In this document: in pieces, positions 8,403-16,531 of the stretch
Numbering within the stretch: position 1 is the stretch's first letter
Layout of the letters: the number at the start of each line of letters is the position of its first letter
Source: a virus
Lineage: Duplodnaviria > Caudoviricetes
DNA length: 31,253 nucleotides
Direction: 5' to 3' (one strand)
Virus record (IMG/VR): IMGVR_UViG_3300022893_000005
Location: 1-31,253 of that record
Program-made: the position numbers and the translations under genes
Notes under the pieces: generated by a model
What the model was told of the DNA's origin: nothing
Database searches by the model: none
What the model saw: the letters and a program-made list of their open reading frames with translations, nothing else

Positions 8403-9736
8403 AGACCGTTGATCTTCCTCGATGATCCATATGAGGGCGCTGCCAGACGACGCCTCGGCCTACCCCATCCGGTGTTGCGATCCTTCTCAGCCTTGTAGCC
8501 CGCAGCAAGCGCAGCAAGGCCACCCCCAGCGGCAACAGCCTTGCCACCACGGAGCATCCGCTTGCCACCCTTGATGGATGCGGTGCGCTTCGCATTGGCC
8601 GCATCAGCAACTGCGGTGCGGGTCGCGTTGTGCTTCTGCGCGCTCGACAACTCGTGACTGGCAACCTTCTCTGCCCTGCTGGTGAAGTGCGCTTCCTGCG
8701 TGGCCTTGCCAGCCTCATCCGCCACCTGCTGCTCCAAGTGCCTGAAGCCACCTCCAGACACACCCACCTTGCCAGCAGGGCCTCGCTTGTGGCCGGGATA
8801 GTCAGGAACAGGCTGCCCTGCATGCGGGTGCTTCCTGCTCTGGGTTCCTGCCCGCCAGTCCTTGTCCTGCTGCTTCAACGTATCGAGGCGGGCCTGCACA
8901 GTGCGTCGGTCATTCTCAGCAACGGTCGCCTTGCGCGACTCATGCGCATGCCTTGCTGAAGGGCCAGCCTCATCCCGAGCAGGTGCTGCTACTGCCTCCG
9001 GGCCGACGTTCTTGAGTTTCCTGCGACCGACCAGCGCAGTACCCACCCCAGCAGCGCCAACCCCAAGGCCAGCCGCTGCCACAGTGGGACTCTTCGAATC
9101 CTTCTTCTCAGGGCCACGCCATGCCCTGCCCATCTCAGCGTTGCTGCCGTATCGAGCCTGCGAGATGGTCTTGCTCACATCATCAGCCTTGCGGAAGGGC
9201 CTGCTCCATACCGGAGCAGTAGCCGTAGCGATTCCACCTGCAAGCATCAACTTGCCGCCGCGCCTCATGTGCTTGGCTCGCAGGGCTACGTTCTCGGGCG
9301 TCCCGGCCACTTTGTGAGTGGCCTGTAGTGCCTTGGTCTGATCAGCAGCGCGAGTGGTGGTCTCCAGCCTCTTGCGAGCCTCGCGCACCTTTCCCGTGTG
9401 CATCCATCTAGTAACCCTACGGGACAGCGCCTGCTTGGCCTCCAGATGCCCAACATCAGCGCGTGCCCGGCGCATGGCAGCGTCGTTCACTGCATGCTTC
9501 ACATCCACCCCAGCGGCCCTCTGCGCCTGCATCTGGGGCACCTTCTTGGAGTCCGACCACTGCCTCCCGCCGAAAGCGGCAAGAGCACCGCCTCCGCCTA
9601 CCAGCGCGACAGTGCCCCCGCCGATCTTCTTCTCAGGAGGACGGTAGGCGTCTTCGTACATCGACTCCGCCTTGGCAACATCCATGTCATCAGCCCAGGC
9701 ACGCCCCATGCTTGCCATCCCGCCATACCTGCTCAT
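8399..9736 (-). CDS. Basic glycine-zipper protein (445 aa) built from two repeated modules, located between terminase and portal
   Basis: Start moved to ATG 9736, just after the terL stop; RYGxxxxMGRAW occurs twice; four Gly/Ala hydrophobic segments; ATGA overlap with the portal start. Confidence 0.75.
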   Translation of the reverse strand: MSRYGGMASMGRAWADDMDVAKAESMYEDAYRPPEKKIGGGTVALVGGGGALAAFGGRQWSDSKKVPQMQAQRAAGVDVKHAVNDAAMRRARADVGHLEAKQALSRRVTRWMHTGKVREARKRLETTTRAADQTKALQATHKVAGTPENVALRAKHMRRGGKLMLAGGIATATAPVWSRPFRKADDVSKTISQARYGSNAEMGRAWRGPEKKDSKSPTVAAAGLGVGAAGVGTALVGRRKLKNVGPEAVAAPARDEAGPSARHAHESRKATVAENDRRTVQARLDTLKQQDKDWRAGTQSRKHPHAGQPVPDYPGHKRGPAGKVGVSGGGFRHLEQQVADEAGKATQEAHFTSRAEKVASHELSSAQKHNATRTAVADAANAKRTASIKGGKRMLRGGKAVAAGGGLAALAAGYKAEKDRNTGWGRPRRRLAAPSYGSSRKINGL

Positions 9737-9746
9737 GCCCAACAGG

Positions 9747-11276
9747 CTAGAGCCAGAAGACGGTGGATTCTGCCTCGTCCTTGATCCGCACCACGCCTTC
9801 TTGGTGGTACACGCCATCGAACACCTCGTCATCTGCAGGACGCAGTGGGGCAAGTGACTTGGGTAGGAATGCGGTGGCTGGCACGGTGCCCGGTGATGCA
9901 GGTGGGGCTTGACGCACAACAGCCCGATGACAGATGGCCATAGCGGCTACGTCATCGGGCAGGTGGTACTTGCGGCCCAGGCCAGTGGAGTACAGATCAT
10001 CAACAGTGGCCGCCCTGTGCGCCAGATGGAGTGGCGTACTGCGGGGAAGGCGATACATGCCACGCTCAACGGCGGCCACGTACTCGGTGAGCAGCAGGGT
10101 GCGATCCCGGCCCACCATGACGACCTTCACAGTGCGCTCGTCGATCATGTCGTTGACCACGTTGCCGATGCCGGTGCCGTCATGGGCGCTCACTGCGCTG
10201 TAGTCCTTGGTGACCTTGTTGAACGCCTCGATCATCTCTGGCCACGGCTTGCGGTTCATCCTGCGCAGGTAGACCACGGGATGAGGGGTGATGTCTGTGC
10301 GCACGACACAGATCACCGTCATGTCCTTCTCCTTGGCCCAGTCAGCCCCAGCCGCATAGGTGGCTGTGACCTCAGGCAAGGCGTAGACCCAGGTGTCATC
10401 GTTGCCCTTATGGGTCTCATCGACCGGCTCCATCTCGATGCACGCCTGATCAAGTTTGGTCAGATCGAAGGCCCTGGCATCACCGGCAGGTTCGCCGAGT
10501 TCGTACTCCACGCGGAACATCTCGGCGGGAACCGACTGCTTCTTGCGCTGGATGAACTCGGGGTCCATCCATCCTTCAGGATTCGCCTCAGTTTTGAGCA
10601 CTTCACGCCAACACCAGGTCCGTACTGGCTGGCCCTTGATGAGGGCCTCGTCCCTGACTGAGGAGAACGTGCCCACTGGGTTCTGCCACGTAGAGGAGGC
10701 AACCACCATCTCCTGCAGCATGTAGCCACGCTGGTTCACCTTCTCAAGCGCCTGGCCCATAGCGGCGTCGTAGATGGCGCGCTCCATCTCGTCGATCTCA
10801 TCCAGCAGGGTCATCTGAGGGTGAGGGCCACGGACGGTCTTCTGGGATGCAGGGATGGGTCGTACCCAGTTGCCTGCATGGAAGGTGAGTTCAGTCTTGA
10901 TCTGCCGCTCGATGGTGTACGTCGGGGCATGGGGATGCATGAGCAGGTTGGTCACATGCTCATGGACGTTGTTGCTCTGGGCCATCGACCCGCCCAGGAG
11001 GACCACGTTGATCTCCAAGGCTGCGGCCTTGGTAAGTGCGAGCAGGGCGAGCATCAGACTCTTCCCCGTCCCACGGCTTCCATACCAGAGGACCCAGTTC
11101 GTCGAGTTGCCGAAGTAGCCCTCGCAGAATGCGTCGAACGGTGCATCGTGGTCCGCACACACCTTCATTCTGGGGATGGTCACGCCCCAGAACGTCTGCA
11201 CGAAGGCATGAAGTTCATCCGGGTTGACTGGAGGACGCTTGATCTGGATGCGCTGGTCGTTCGTGGCGATGCTCAC
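9747..11276 (-). CDS. terL: Terminase large subunit
   Basis: GSRGTGKS (Walker A), TLLDEIDE (Walker B), VASST (coupling motif), AGADWAKEKD, AHDGTGIG and HLPDDVAAMA (RNase H-like nuclease domain). Confidence 0.93.
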   Translation of the reverse strand: MSIATNDQRIQIKRPPVNPDELHAFVQTFWGVTIPRMKVCADHDAPFDAFCEGYFGNSTNWVLWYGSRGTGKSLMLALLALTKAAALEINVVLLGGSMAQSNNVHEHVTNLLMHPHAPTYTIERQIKTELTFHAGNWVRPIPASQKTVRGPHPQMTLLDEIDEMERAIYDAAMGQALEKVNQRGYMLQEMVVASSTWQNPVGTFSSVRDEALIKGQPVRTWCWREVLKTEANPEGWMDPEFIQRKKQSVPAEMFRVEYELGEPAGDARAFDLTKLDQACIEMEPVDETHKGNDDTWVYALPEVTATYAAGADWAKEKDMTVICVVRTDITPHPVVYLRRMNRKPWPEMIEAFNKVTKDYSAVSAHDGTGIGNVVNDMIDERTVKVVMVGRDRTLLLTEYVAAVERGMYRLPRSTPLHLAHRAATVDDLYSTGLGRKYHLPDDVAAMAICHRAVVRQAPPASPGTVPATAFLPKSLAPLRPADDEVFDGVYHQEGVVRIKDEAESTVFWL

Positions 11277-11566
11277 TCCGACCTCCTGAACCAGTTCAAC
11301 TTGCGGGCACGCTCCTCGACCATCTGGTCTGTCACCGGCTCCACCTGCGTCACTGAGAAGAGCATGTCCTTGCGTCCCATGTTGTCTGAGGAGCCTGTCT
11401 TGATCTCCACCAGGAGATCATCGGGCAGTCCCTCACATGCGAGGACGAACTCCCTGAAGTCATGCAGGTGGGGTGGGTTCTCACGCTTGACTCCCTCGGG
11501 CTTCGCGTAGTGCTTGACCTCTGTGGTCCGCAGCGCGTACTCAGCCCTATCGGCCACGACGTTCAC
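11273..11566 (-). CDS. Hypothetical protein (start could be GTG 11557)
   Basis: GTGA overlap with the terL start. Confidence 0.7.
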   Translation of the reverse strand: MNVVADRAEYALRTTEVKHYAKPEGVKRENPPHLHDFREFVLACEGLPDDLLVEIKTGSSDNMGRKDMLFSVTQVEPVTDQMVEERARKLNWFRRSE

Positions 11567-11648
11567 GCAGATCGGTGTGGATCACTCCAAGCAGAAGCAC
11601 CCAGCCCACCAGGAAGGCTAGGACTGCCATCCCGATCAGAACCTCCAT
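11547..11648 (-). CDS. Small membrane protein (33 aa, MEVLIGMAVLAFLVGWVLLLGVIHTDLRERRGR)
   Basis: Translated by hand; TGATG coupling at 11648; one TM helix plus a basic tail; fills the gap. Confidence 0.7.
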   Translation of the reverse strand: MEVLIGMAVLAFLVGWVLLLGVIHTDLRERRGR

Positions 11649-11872
11649 CAGACAACTTCCCAGTCCTCGGCCAGCATGTCGGTCTGACTGGCAAGCCAGG
11701 GCACGAGTTCACCACGCACGGTGCTGATGAAGATGTATGGCAGCGTCATCCTGGAGTACTCGTCAGGGATCTGCAGTTCGAGGTGCTGGCCCTTGCCGTT
11801 CCAGTTCGACCGGCAGACGCGATCGCCATTCTTCAACTGACGCAGTGCCCATCCGAAGTCGCAGGGTTCCAT
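11648..11872 (-). CDS. DUF2829 / Tad2-like anti-defence sponge protein (74 aa)
   Basis: DFGWALRQLKNGDRVCRSNWNGKG...LPYIFI...LVPWLASQTDMLAEDW matches the DUF2829 pattern; ATG 11872 behind GGAG. Confidence 0.85.
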   Translation of the reverse strand: MEPCDFGWALRQLKNGDRVCRSNWNGKGQHLELQIPDEYSRMTLPYIFISTVRGELVPWLASQTDMLAEDWEVV

Positions 11873-11873
11873 G

Positions 11874-12317
11874 TCACTCCCCCTGCTCTTGATCGAGGGT
11901 TCTGGCCACGTCAGCACCACATGCTGCGTATCCGGCTAGGTCAACCCATGAGTCCTCGTGCAGTGGGTTGACGGCGATCCTTGCGATCTTGAGCAGGGCG
12001 AGCATCGCTGCCACATCGGAACTGAGCAGGGTGTCCATCCCCAGGTAGGCAGCCCACATGGCTGCAATCCGCTCGAAGGACTGCTCTGGTGGCCCGTAAT
12101 GGAGGTTGCGGTCTCTGGTGACGATGTGGGCTGCCCGGCCAAGGATGTCCAGCCGGTACTCGGCTGATGGGTCCAACTGTGGCTCAGGCTCGATCATCTC
12201 GGGTACTGGCCACTGCCCACCGTTGCCGCTGTTCATGTCCTGCAGGGTCTCGACCAGATGGGGAGGGATCTGCTCGGGCTCGGTCTCCTCCAGGTACTCA
12301 CGCTTGCGCACGGTCAT
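11874..12317 (-). CDS. DUF6378-domain protein
   Basis: AAHIVTRDRNLHYGPPEQSFERIAAMW...DVAAMLALLKIAR...HEDSWVDLAGYAACG. Confidence 0.85.
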   Translation of the reverse strand: MTVRKREYLEETEPEQIPPHLVETLQDMNSGNGGQWPVPEMIEPEPQLDPSAEYRLDILGRAAHIVTRDRNLHYGPPEQSFERIAAMWAAYLGMDTLLSSDVAAMLALLKIARIAVNPLHEDSWVDLAGYAACGADVARTLDQEQGE

Positions 12318-12555
12318 GGAAACCCTCCGGCAGGTTGATGAACACGGTCAGGGTGAGGGTTGTCACGCTGTTGGCACCGAAGACAAGGATGAGGTCGCTG
12401 TCTGCGGGCACATGGTCTGCTGGTGGAAGCCACTGGTTGGCTTCACGCAGGGAGTCGTACATCGCCCGCGCCCTGGTATCCATCACATCGGGTCGGTAGA
12501 CCAGGTGCACATCAGCCTGCTGGTCCTCCACCTCACGTTCCACGTACTCAGTCAT
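12298..12555 (-). CDS. Hypothetical protein (85 aa)
   Basis: ATG 12555 behind AAGGAGACCAG; ATGA overlap. Confidence 0.7.
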   Translation of the reverse strand: MTEYVEREVEDQQADVHLVYRPDVMDTRARAMYDSLREANQWLPPADHVPADSDLILVFGANSVTTLTLTVFINLPEGFHDRAQA

Positions 12556-12755
12556 CTGGTCTCCTTGGCGATCTTGCCCTCGTAGAAGGGGAGTACCCAC
12601 TTCTCGCCCGTGAGTCTAGGTGTCACATGGCGTTCTTGGGGATGTTTGGGGGAGCCGGTCAACACCTTGATGGGCGTTGTTAGGTACTGCTCCTCCAACA
12701 GCATGAAGGAGCCGTCAACGGGTCCACCGAGCCAGTAGACCCGGACCACGCTCAC
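12552..12755 (-). CDS. Small hypothetical protein with an LxGGPxxG motif (67 aa)
   Basis: GTG 12755 (GTGA overlap); WLGGPVDG. Confidence 0.65.
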   Translation of the reverse strand: MSVVRVYWLGGPVDGSFMLLEEQYLTTPIKVLTGSPKHPQERHVTPRLTGEKWVLPFYEGKIAKETR

Positions 12756-12970
12756 GGCTCCTCCAGTGCTTGATAGTGCAGTCTCACCAGGCGATAGCAC
12801 AAGGGGGACCAGCCCCATACCTCCTGCTGCTCACCGCCCTTGGTGGTGACACTGGAGACGGTATAGGAGTTGGGCTGATCCCCAGGAACCTCAACCACGA
12901 CAGTCAACTTGTCCTCTGGCATCTCCCGGTACTGACCGGACAGTGGACCACCGACTAGGAGAGCCATCAT
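12752..12970 (-). CDS. Small hypothetical protein with an LxGGPxxG motif (72 aa); first gene of the leftward operon
   Basis: LVGGPLSG; same motif as the neighbouring gene. Confidence 0.65.
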   Translation of the reverse strand: MMALLVGGPLSGQYREMPEDKLTVVVEVPGDQPNSYTVSSVTTKGGEQQEVWGWSPLCYRLVRLHYQALEEP

Positions 12971-12973
12971 GCT

Positions 12974-13229
12974 GGGAGTCTTGCAGATGCAAGTCCCCTA
13001 TAGCCCTACTTACTACAAGACAAGAGAGGGAGCCTTCGACCTCGCTTCGCTCGGTCTTGGCTCCCTCTTCTAGTCCTTGCTGAAAGATCACTAGAGATGC
13101 TCTTACCTGGTAGGTATTGAGCAGAAGAGTCCCCTAGGTAGTCGCTCCTCTTCCGCGCTGGCCGCCGGGCTTCGGCTTGTGGCCTACGCCCCCGGCGTCT
13201 GGCGCGTCTTCGTCGCTCCTACGGAGGCG
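12974..13229. other. Non-coding cluster of inverted repeats; candidate replication origin
   Basis: CTTGCA-GA-TGCAAG (12980-12993); AGAGGGAGCC/GGCTCCCTCT (13025-13068) enclosing GCGAAGC on the minus strand; TGCTC-TACCT/AGGTA-GAGCA (13098-13123); GC-rich stem 13154-13206; CTCC-TAC-GGAG (13216-13226); lies next to the helicase. Confidence 0.55.
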
Positions 13230-13281
13230 TTCACGATCCTATCACATGTGTCAAGAGGATGGAAGTAGGTGTCAGCAGGCG

Positions 13282-13310
13282 TTGACTGGTGTCAGTGAGT
13301 GTGAGATAAT
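13282..13310 (+). promoter_or_regulatory. Sigma70/SigA-type promoter for the rightward replication operon
   Basis: TTGACT-17 nt-GATAAT with a TGn extension. Confidence 0.7.
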
Positions 13311-13316
13311 GGTTTT

Positions 13317-13425
13317 TACCAGAGGTGAGCGAAGCCATGCCCTGTACCAGTGGCTTCCCTTGGCTCATCTGTGGTTCGCTGCCCACACCTGAACGACCTG
13401 ACACACGTTCTGGGTGTGGGCTTTG
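13317..13425 (+). ncRNA. Structured leader or small RNA (two long hairpins, the second followed by TTT)
   Basis: Starts ~7 nt after the -10 box; stems at 13318-13375 and 13381-13421; no family recognised. Confidence 0.4.
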
Positions 13426-13457
13426 CCATGTCCAGGGCAATCTGGAAGGAGACCAGA

Positions 13458-14699
13458 TTGGACGCTGTACCCAGCCATCTATCAGTGGTCAACATCAACC
13501 CAGGAGAGCAGGAACTACCGCCCGAGGCCTATGTGATCAGTGCCTTGGTGCAGTCCGGTTCGTACAACATCGAGGCTCATGGCCTCACCAACGAGCACTT
13601 CATGTCCTTCAGGCAGGTCAACCTGTTCTTGCGGACATACCAGGAGCAGGCGAGGACTGCTCCACCCCTGCACCTGCTCCTCGACAAGTTCCCCCGGTTC
13701 CCATTCCAGCCGGGGGTTTCTGCTGTCTGGGCATGCAAGCAGTTGCAGTTGGCCCATCGTGAGCGGCACATGCTCAGGTCGATGGCCAAGGTGGGCACCA
13801 TGCTCAGCGAGGGTCGCATCGACGAGGCTGGTGACCTCTGGCGTATCTCAGCGAAGTCCACATCAGCACCAGTGGGCACGATGCGGGCCAGCAATGCCTA
13901 TGCACCAATCGTCCGACCTGAGACGGATCTTGGACTGACGGTCCCGGTACTAGCGGGGACCATGACCAAGTACTGCCAGGGCATCCAGCCCGGCAACCTC
14001 TGGTACATCTCAGGCATCCCTGGCATGGGCAAGTCCTATCGGCTTGTCGAGCATGCGATCTTGGCTGTCGAGGCTGGCTGGGACGTGGCCTTCTTCAGCC
14101 TGGAGATGCCCGAGATCGAGACCAACGAGCGCATCCAGAAGATGCTCATGCCTGGAGCGGAGAACCCGTTCAGCGATGAGTTCTACGAGACGCTCGCTGC
14201 TCGCACTGCTGAGTACGGGGCACTGACCGTGTACACCGGACCCACGACCATCGCTGACATCGAGTCAGTGGCTGTCGAGGGCACGTTGGTGATCATCGAC
14301 TACGTGTCGAAGATCAGGGCACCTGATGGTCTTCGGGCCATCACGGACTACCGACTGGCTGCAGCACTCTCGGCTGAGTTGCGGGACATCGCACTGCACA
14401 ACAACGTGCCTGTCCTCTCAGCCATCCAGTTGAACCGGAGTGCGTACAACGCCAAGGAGTCGAGCATGAGTCAGACCGCTGAGACTGACCAGTTCAACAA
14501 AGACCCCTCGGTGATGATCAGCATGCTGCGCATGTCAGAGACGGTGATCTTGAACACCATCCTGAAGAACCGGAGCAACGTGTCCGGGCGCAAGTTCTAC
14601 ACCAGGTTCTCCGCTGACTCAGCCAGAGCAGTGGAGTTGTCCTTCGACGAGGCCAACGAGGCCATGTACGAGGACGCAGAGAAGTCCATCACTCACTAG
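13458..14699 (+). CDS. dnaB: DnaB-like replicative helicase
   Basis: ISGIPGMGKS (Walker A), FFSLEMP, LVIIDY, SAIQLNR, ILKNR; start taken at TTG 13458 behind AAGGAGACCAGA (ATG 13428 is an alternative). Confidence 0.9.
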   Translation: MDAVPSHLSVVNINPGEQELPPEAYVISALVQSGSYNIEAHGLTNEHFMSFRQVNLFLRTYQEQARTAPPLHLLLDKFPRFPFQPGVSAVWACKQLQLAHRERHMLRSMAKVGTMLSEGRIDEAGDLWRISAKSTSAPVGTMRASNAYAPIVRPETDLGLTVPVLAGTMTKYCQGIQPGNLWYISGIPGMGKSYRLVEHAILAVEAGWDVAFFSLEMPEIETNERIQKMLMPGAENPFSDEFYETLAARTAEYGALTVYTGPTTIADIESVAVEGTLVIIDYVSKIRAPDGLRAITDYRLAAALSAELRDIALHNNVPVLSAIQLNRSAYNAKESSMSQTAETDQFNKDPSVMISMLRMSETVILNTILKNRSNVSGRKFYTRFSADSARAVELSFDEANEAMYEDAEKSITH

Positions 14700-14718
14700 C
14701 AGTACAGGAGACCAGTTC

Positions 14719-14895
14719 ATGAACGTGAACGGCTATGAGATCGACGACAAGAACATACGTGTGGAGGTGATCGACGGGGAGACACAACGGATCATCAACA
14801 AGAAGGGCATGGAGCAGTTGATCCGCCAGCACGGCACGCCGGAGGGGTTTGAGTTCCTCAAGGCAATCAAGAAGCACGAGCACGGCGATGAGTGA
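14719..14895 (+). CDS. Hypothetical protein (58 aa, MNVNGYEIDDKNIRVEVIDGE...)
   Basis: Translated by hand; AGGAGACCAG RBS; fills the gap. Confidence 0.75.
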   Translation: MNVNGYEIDDKNIRVEVIDGETQRIINKKGMEQLIRQHGTPEGFEFLKAIKKHEHGDE

Positions 14896-15580
14896 CCTTG
14901 AGCCCCTCGCATGGGGCGGCGGCAACCTGGAGTTCGCACCTGGGCCTGATGGCGAACCTTGGATCTTCCTGGCGGCCCTCTGTCGGATGCTGGACATCAA
15001 CAACCACAGGCAGGTCGCTTCGCGGCTGGATGAAGACGAGAAGGGCGTCATTACTAGTGACACCCTTGGTGGACCTCAGGAGACGATCATCGTCAGCGAG
15101 ACCGCTGCGTACCAGATCATCATGCAGTCGCGGAAGCCACAGGCCAAGCAGTTCATGCGGTTGGTAGCAGATCACATCAAGAGCCTGCGCAAGCATGGCC
15201 ACGCCATGGCCAACGTCTCGTCGGACAACATGGCGTTGCTTGTCTCAGATCCCATTGGGGAGATGATGCTGAACGCCGCTGCGGCACGCGCAGAGCATCT
15301 CGGTCTGGTGGCACGCACCAACGAGATCGAACGCAAGTTGGCATCCCTCGGTGATCTCGATGATGCCTACACCACGATCATCGGCTGGTTCAACCGTAAC
15401 GGTGGCACTGTCGATGATGTCGATGCCCAGATCATGGGCAAGCATGCTTCAAAGGTATGCCGTAATCGGAACATCAAGATCGGCGTGGTCAAGCACGAGC
15501 GGTGGGGGTCAGTGCAGACCTACCCCGAGTCCATCGTCACCGAGACGTACGAGTGGTTTGCGGGCAGGAGGCGGTCCTGA
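14888..15580 (+). CDS. BRO-N domain antirepressor-like protein
   Basis: GEPWIFLAALCRMLDINN...RLDEDEKGV...TLGGPQ...VSETAAYQIIMQSRKPQAKQF; start taken at ATG 14888. Confidence 0.88.
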   Translation: MSDLEPLAWGGGNLEFAPGPDGEPWIFLAALCRMLDINNHRQVASRLDEDEKGVITSDTLGGPQETIIVSETAAYQIIMQSRKPQAKQFMRLVADHIKSLRKHGHAMANVSSDNMALLVSDPIGEMMLNAAAARAEHLGLVARTNEIERKLASLGDLDDAYTTIIGWFNRNGGTVDDVDAQIMGKHASKVCRNRNIKIGVVKHERWGSVQTYPESIVTETYEWFAGRRRS

Positions 15581-15711
15581 TGCCCACACAGATAGAGATG
15601 CAGGCCATGTCTGCACAGATCAACCAGGCCAGGGCGATGGAGCGCATAGCCAAGGCGTTGGAGACCATCGCAGACAGCATGGCCAAGGACCATGATGACC
15701 ACTCTGGCTGA
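15580..15711 (+). CDS. Small hypothetical protein (43 aa)
   Basis: TGATG coupling; ERIAKALETIA helix. Confidence 0.6.
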   Translation: MPTQIEMQAMSAQINQARAMERIAKALETIADSMAKDHDDHSG

Positions 15712-16531
15712 GGCACTTGCCTTCGGTCAGGGCGTTGAGCGTCCTTTCCTGTGTCCATCACATGAGGACACGAACGCATCGGCATCAGTGAACGTGGCCC
15801 TTGGTGTCTGGTACTGCTTCTCATGCCAGTCCCACGGGACGCTGAATGACCATGTGCCCACCATCGACGAGGCACTGAGCGTCCTGTCCGGCAAGGCCAA
15901 GCCTCGGGTGTACGCCGAGTCATGGCTGGACATCTTCGACGCCTACCAGCCGAGCCCGTACTGGGCGAAGCGGTACGGGGCTGATCTCGCTGCCTACTTC
16001 AGGTGCGGGACTCATCCTGTGACGGGCAATCCCACCTACCCCTTGCGCGGTCCAGACGGGCTGCCACGGGGTGTGGTGCAGAGACAGGAGGGCGACCCCA
16101 AGTACCTGTATCCGGCGGGGGTCCGCATCTCCGACACATTCTTCGGCAGGCTCAAGCCCAAAGGGGTAGTGGTACTGCTTGAAGGTGCCTCCGATGTCAT
16201 GGCAGTCCACTACGACGGTGATGTCCCTCGGGACTGGTCCGTGCTGGGTTGCTATGGGTCGGGGGTACACGCCCCGCAGATCGACCTGCTGCGGGATGCA
16301 GCGCCGAGGCTGATCGTCACGGCGTTCGATGCTGACAAGGCTGGCTACAACGCAGCACGCCTTGCAGTGAAGTCATGCTCCGAGATCGCTCCAGTCATCA
16401 CCCATGACTGGGCCAAGCAGGGAGTGAACGACCCCGGTGAACTGGCCGGGAAAGCAATGTCAGCCCTCCGTACTACGGTGGGGACACGCCCCAACAAGGG
16501 GAAGAAGAAGGAGACCACGCATGACAGATGA
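15692..16531 (+). CDS. dnaG: DNA primase (CHC2 zinc finger + TOPRIM)
   Basis: CPSHEDTNASASVN...WYCFSC; VVLLEGASDV; FDADKAG; NDPGEL. Confidence 0.9.
   Translation: MMTTLAEALAFGQGVERPFLCPSHEDTNASASVNVALGVWYCFSCQSHGTLNDHVPTIDEALSVLSGKAKPRVYAESWLDIFDAYQPSPYWAKRYGADLAAYFRCGTHPVTGNPTYPLRGPDGLPRGVVQRQEGDPKYLYPAGVRISDTFFGRLKPKGVVVLLEGASDVMAVHYDGDVPRDWSVLGCYGSGVHAPQIDLLRDAAPRLIVTAFDADKAGYNAARLAVKSCSEIAPVITHDWAKQGVNDPGELAGKAMSALRTTVGTRPNKGKKKETTHDR

Noticed and set aside
9737-9919. N-terminal extension of the 506-aa ORF, and similar extensions of the dnaB, dnaE, Cas4-like and FN3 ORFs in the track
   Set aside because: They overlap upstream genes or terminators; better starts with an RBS or translational coupling lie downstream
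13226-13254. Perfect TTGACA on the minus strand as a leftward -35 box
   Set aside because: The nearest good -10 (TAGGAT) is only 7 nt away and nothing suitable lies at 17 nt; an extended -10 promoter is possible but not supported enough to call
12971-13457. tRNA or protein-coding genes in the divergent intergenic region
   Set aside because: No cloverleaf with a T-loop consensus was found; the short ORFs lack RBSs and typical codon bias
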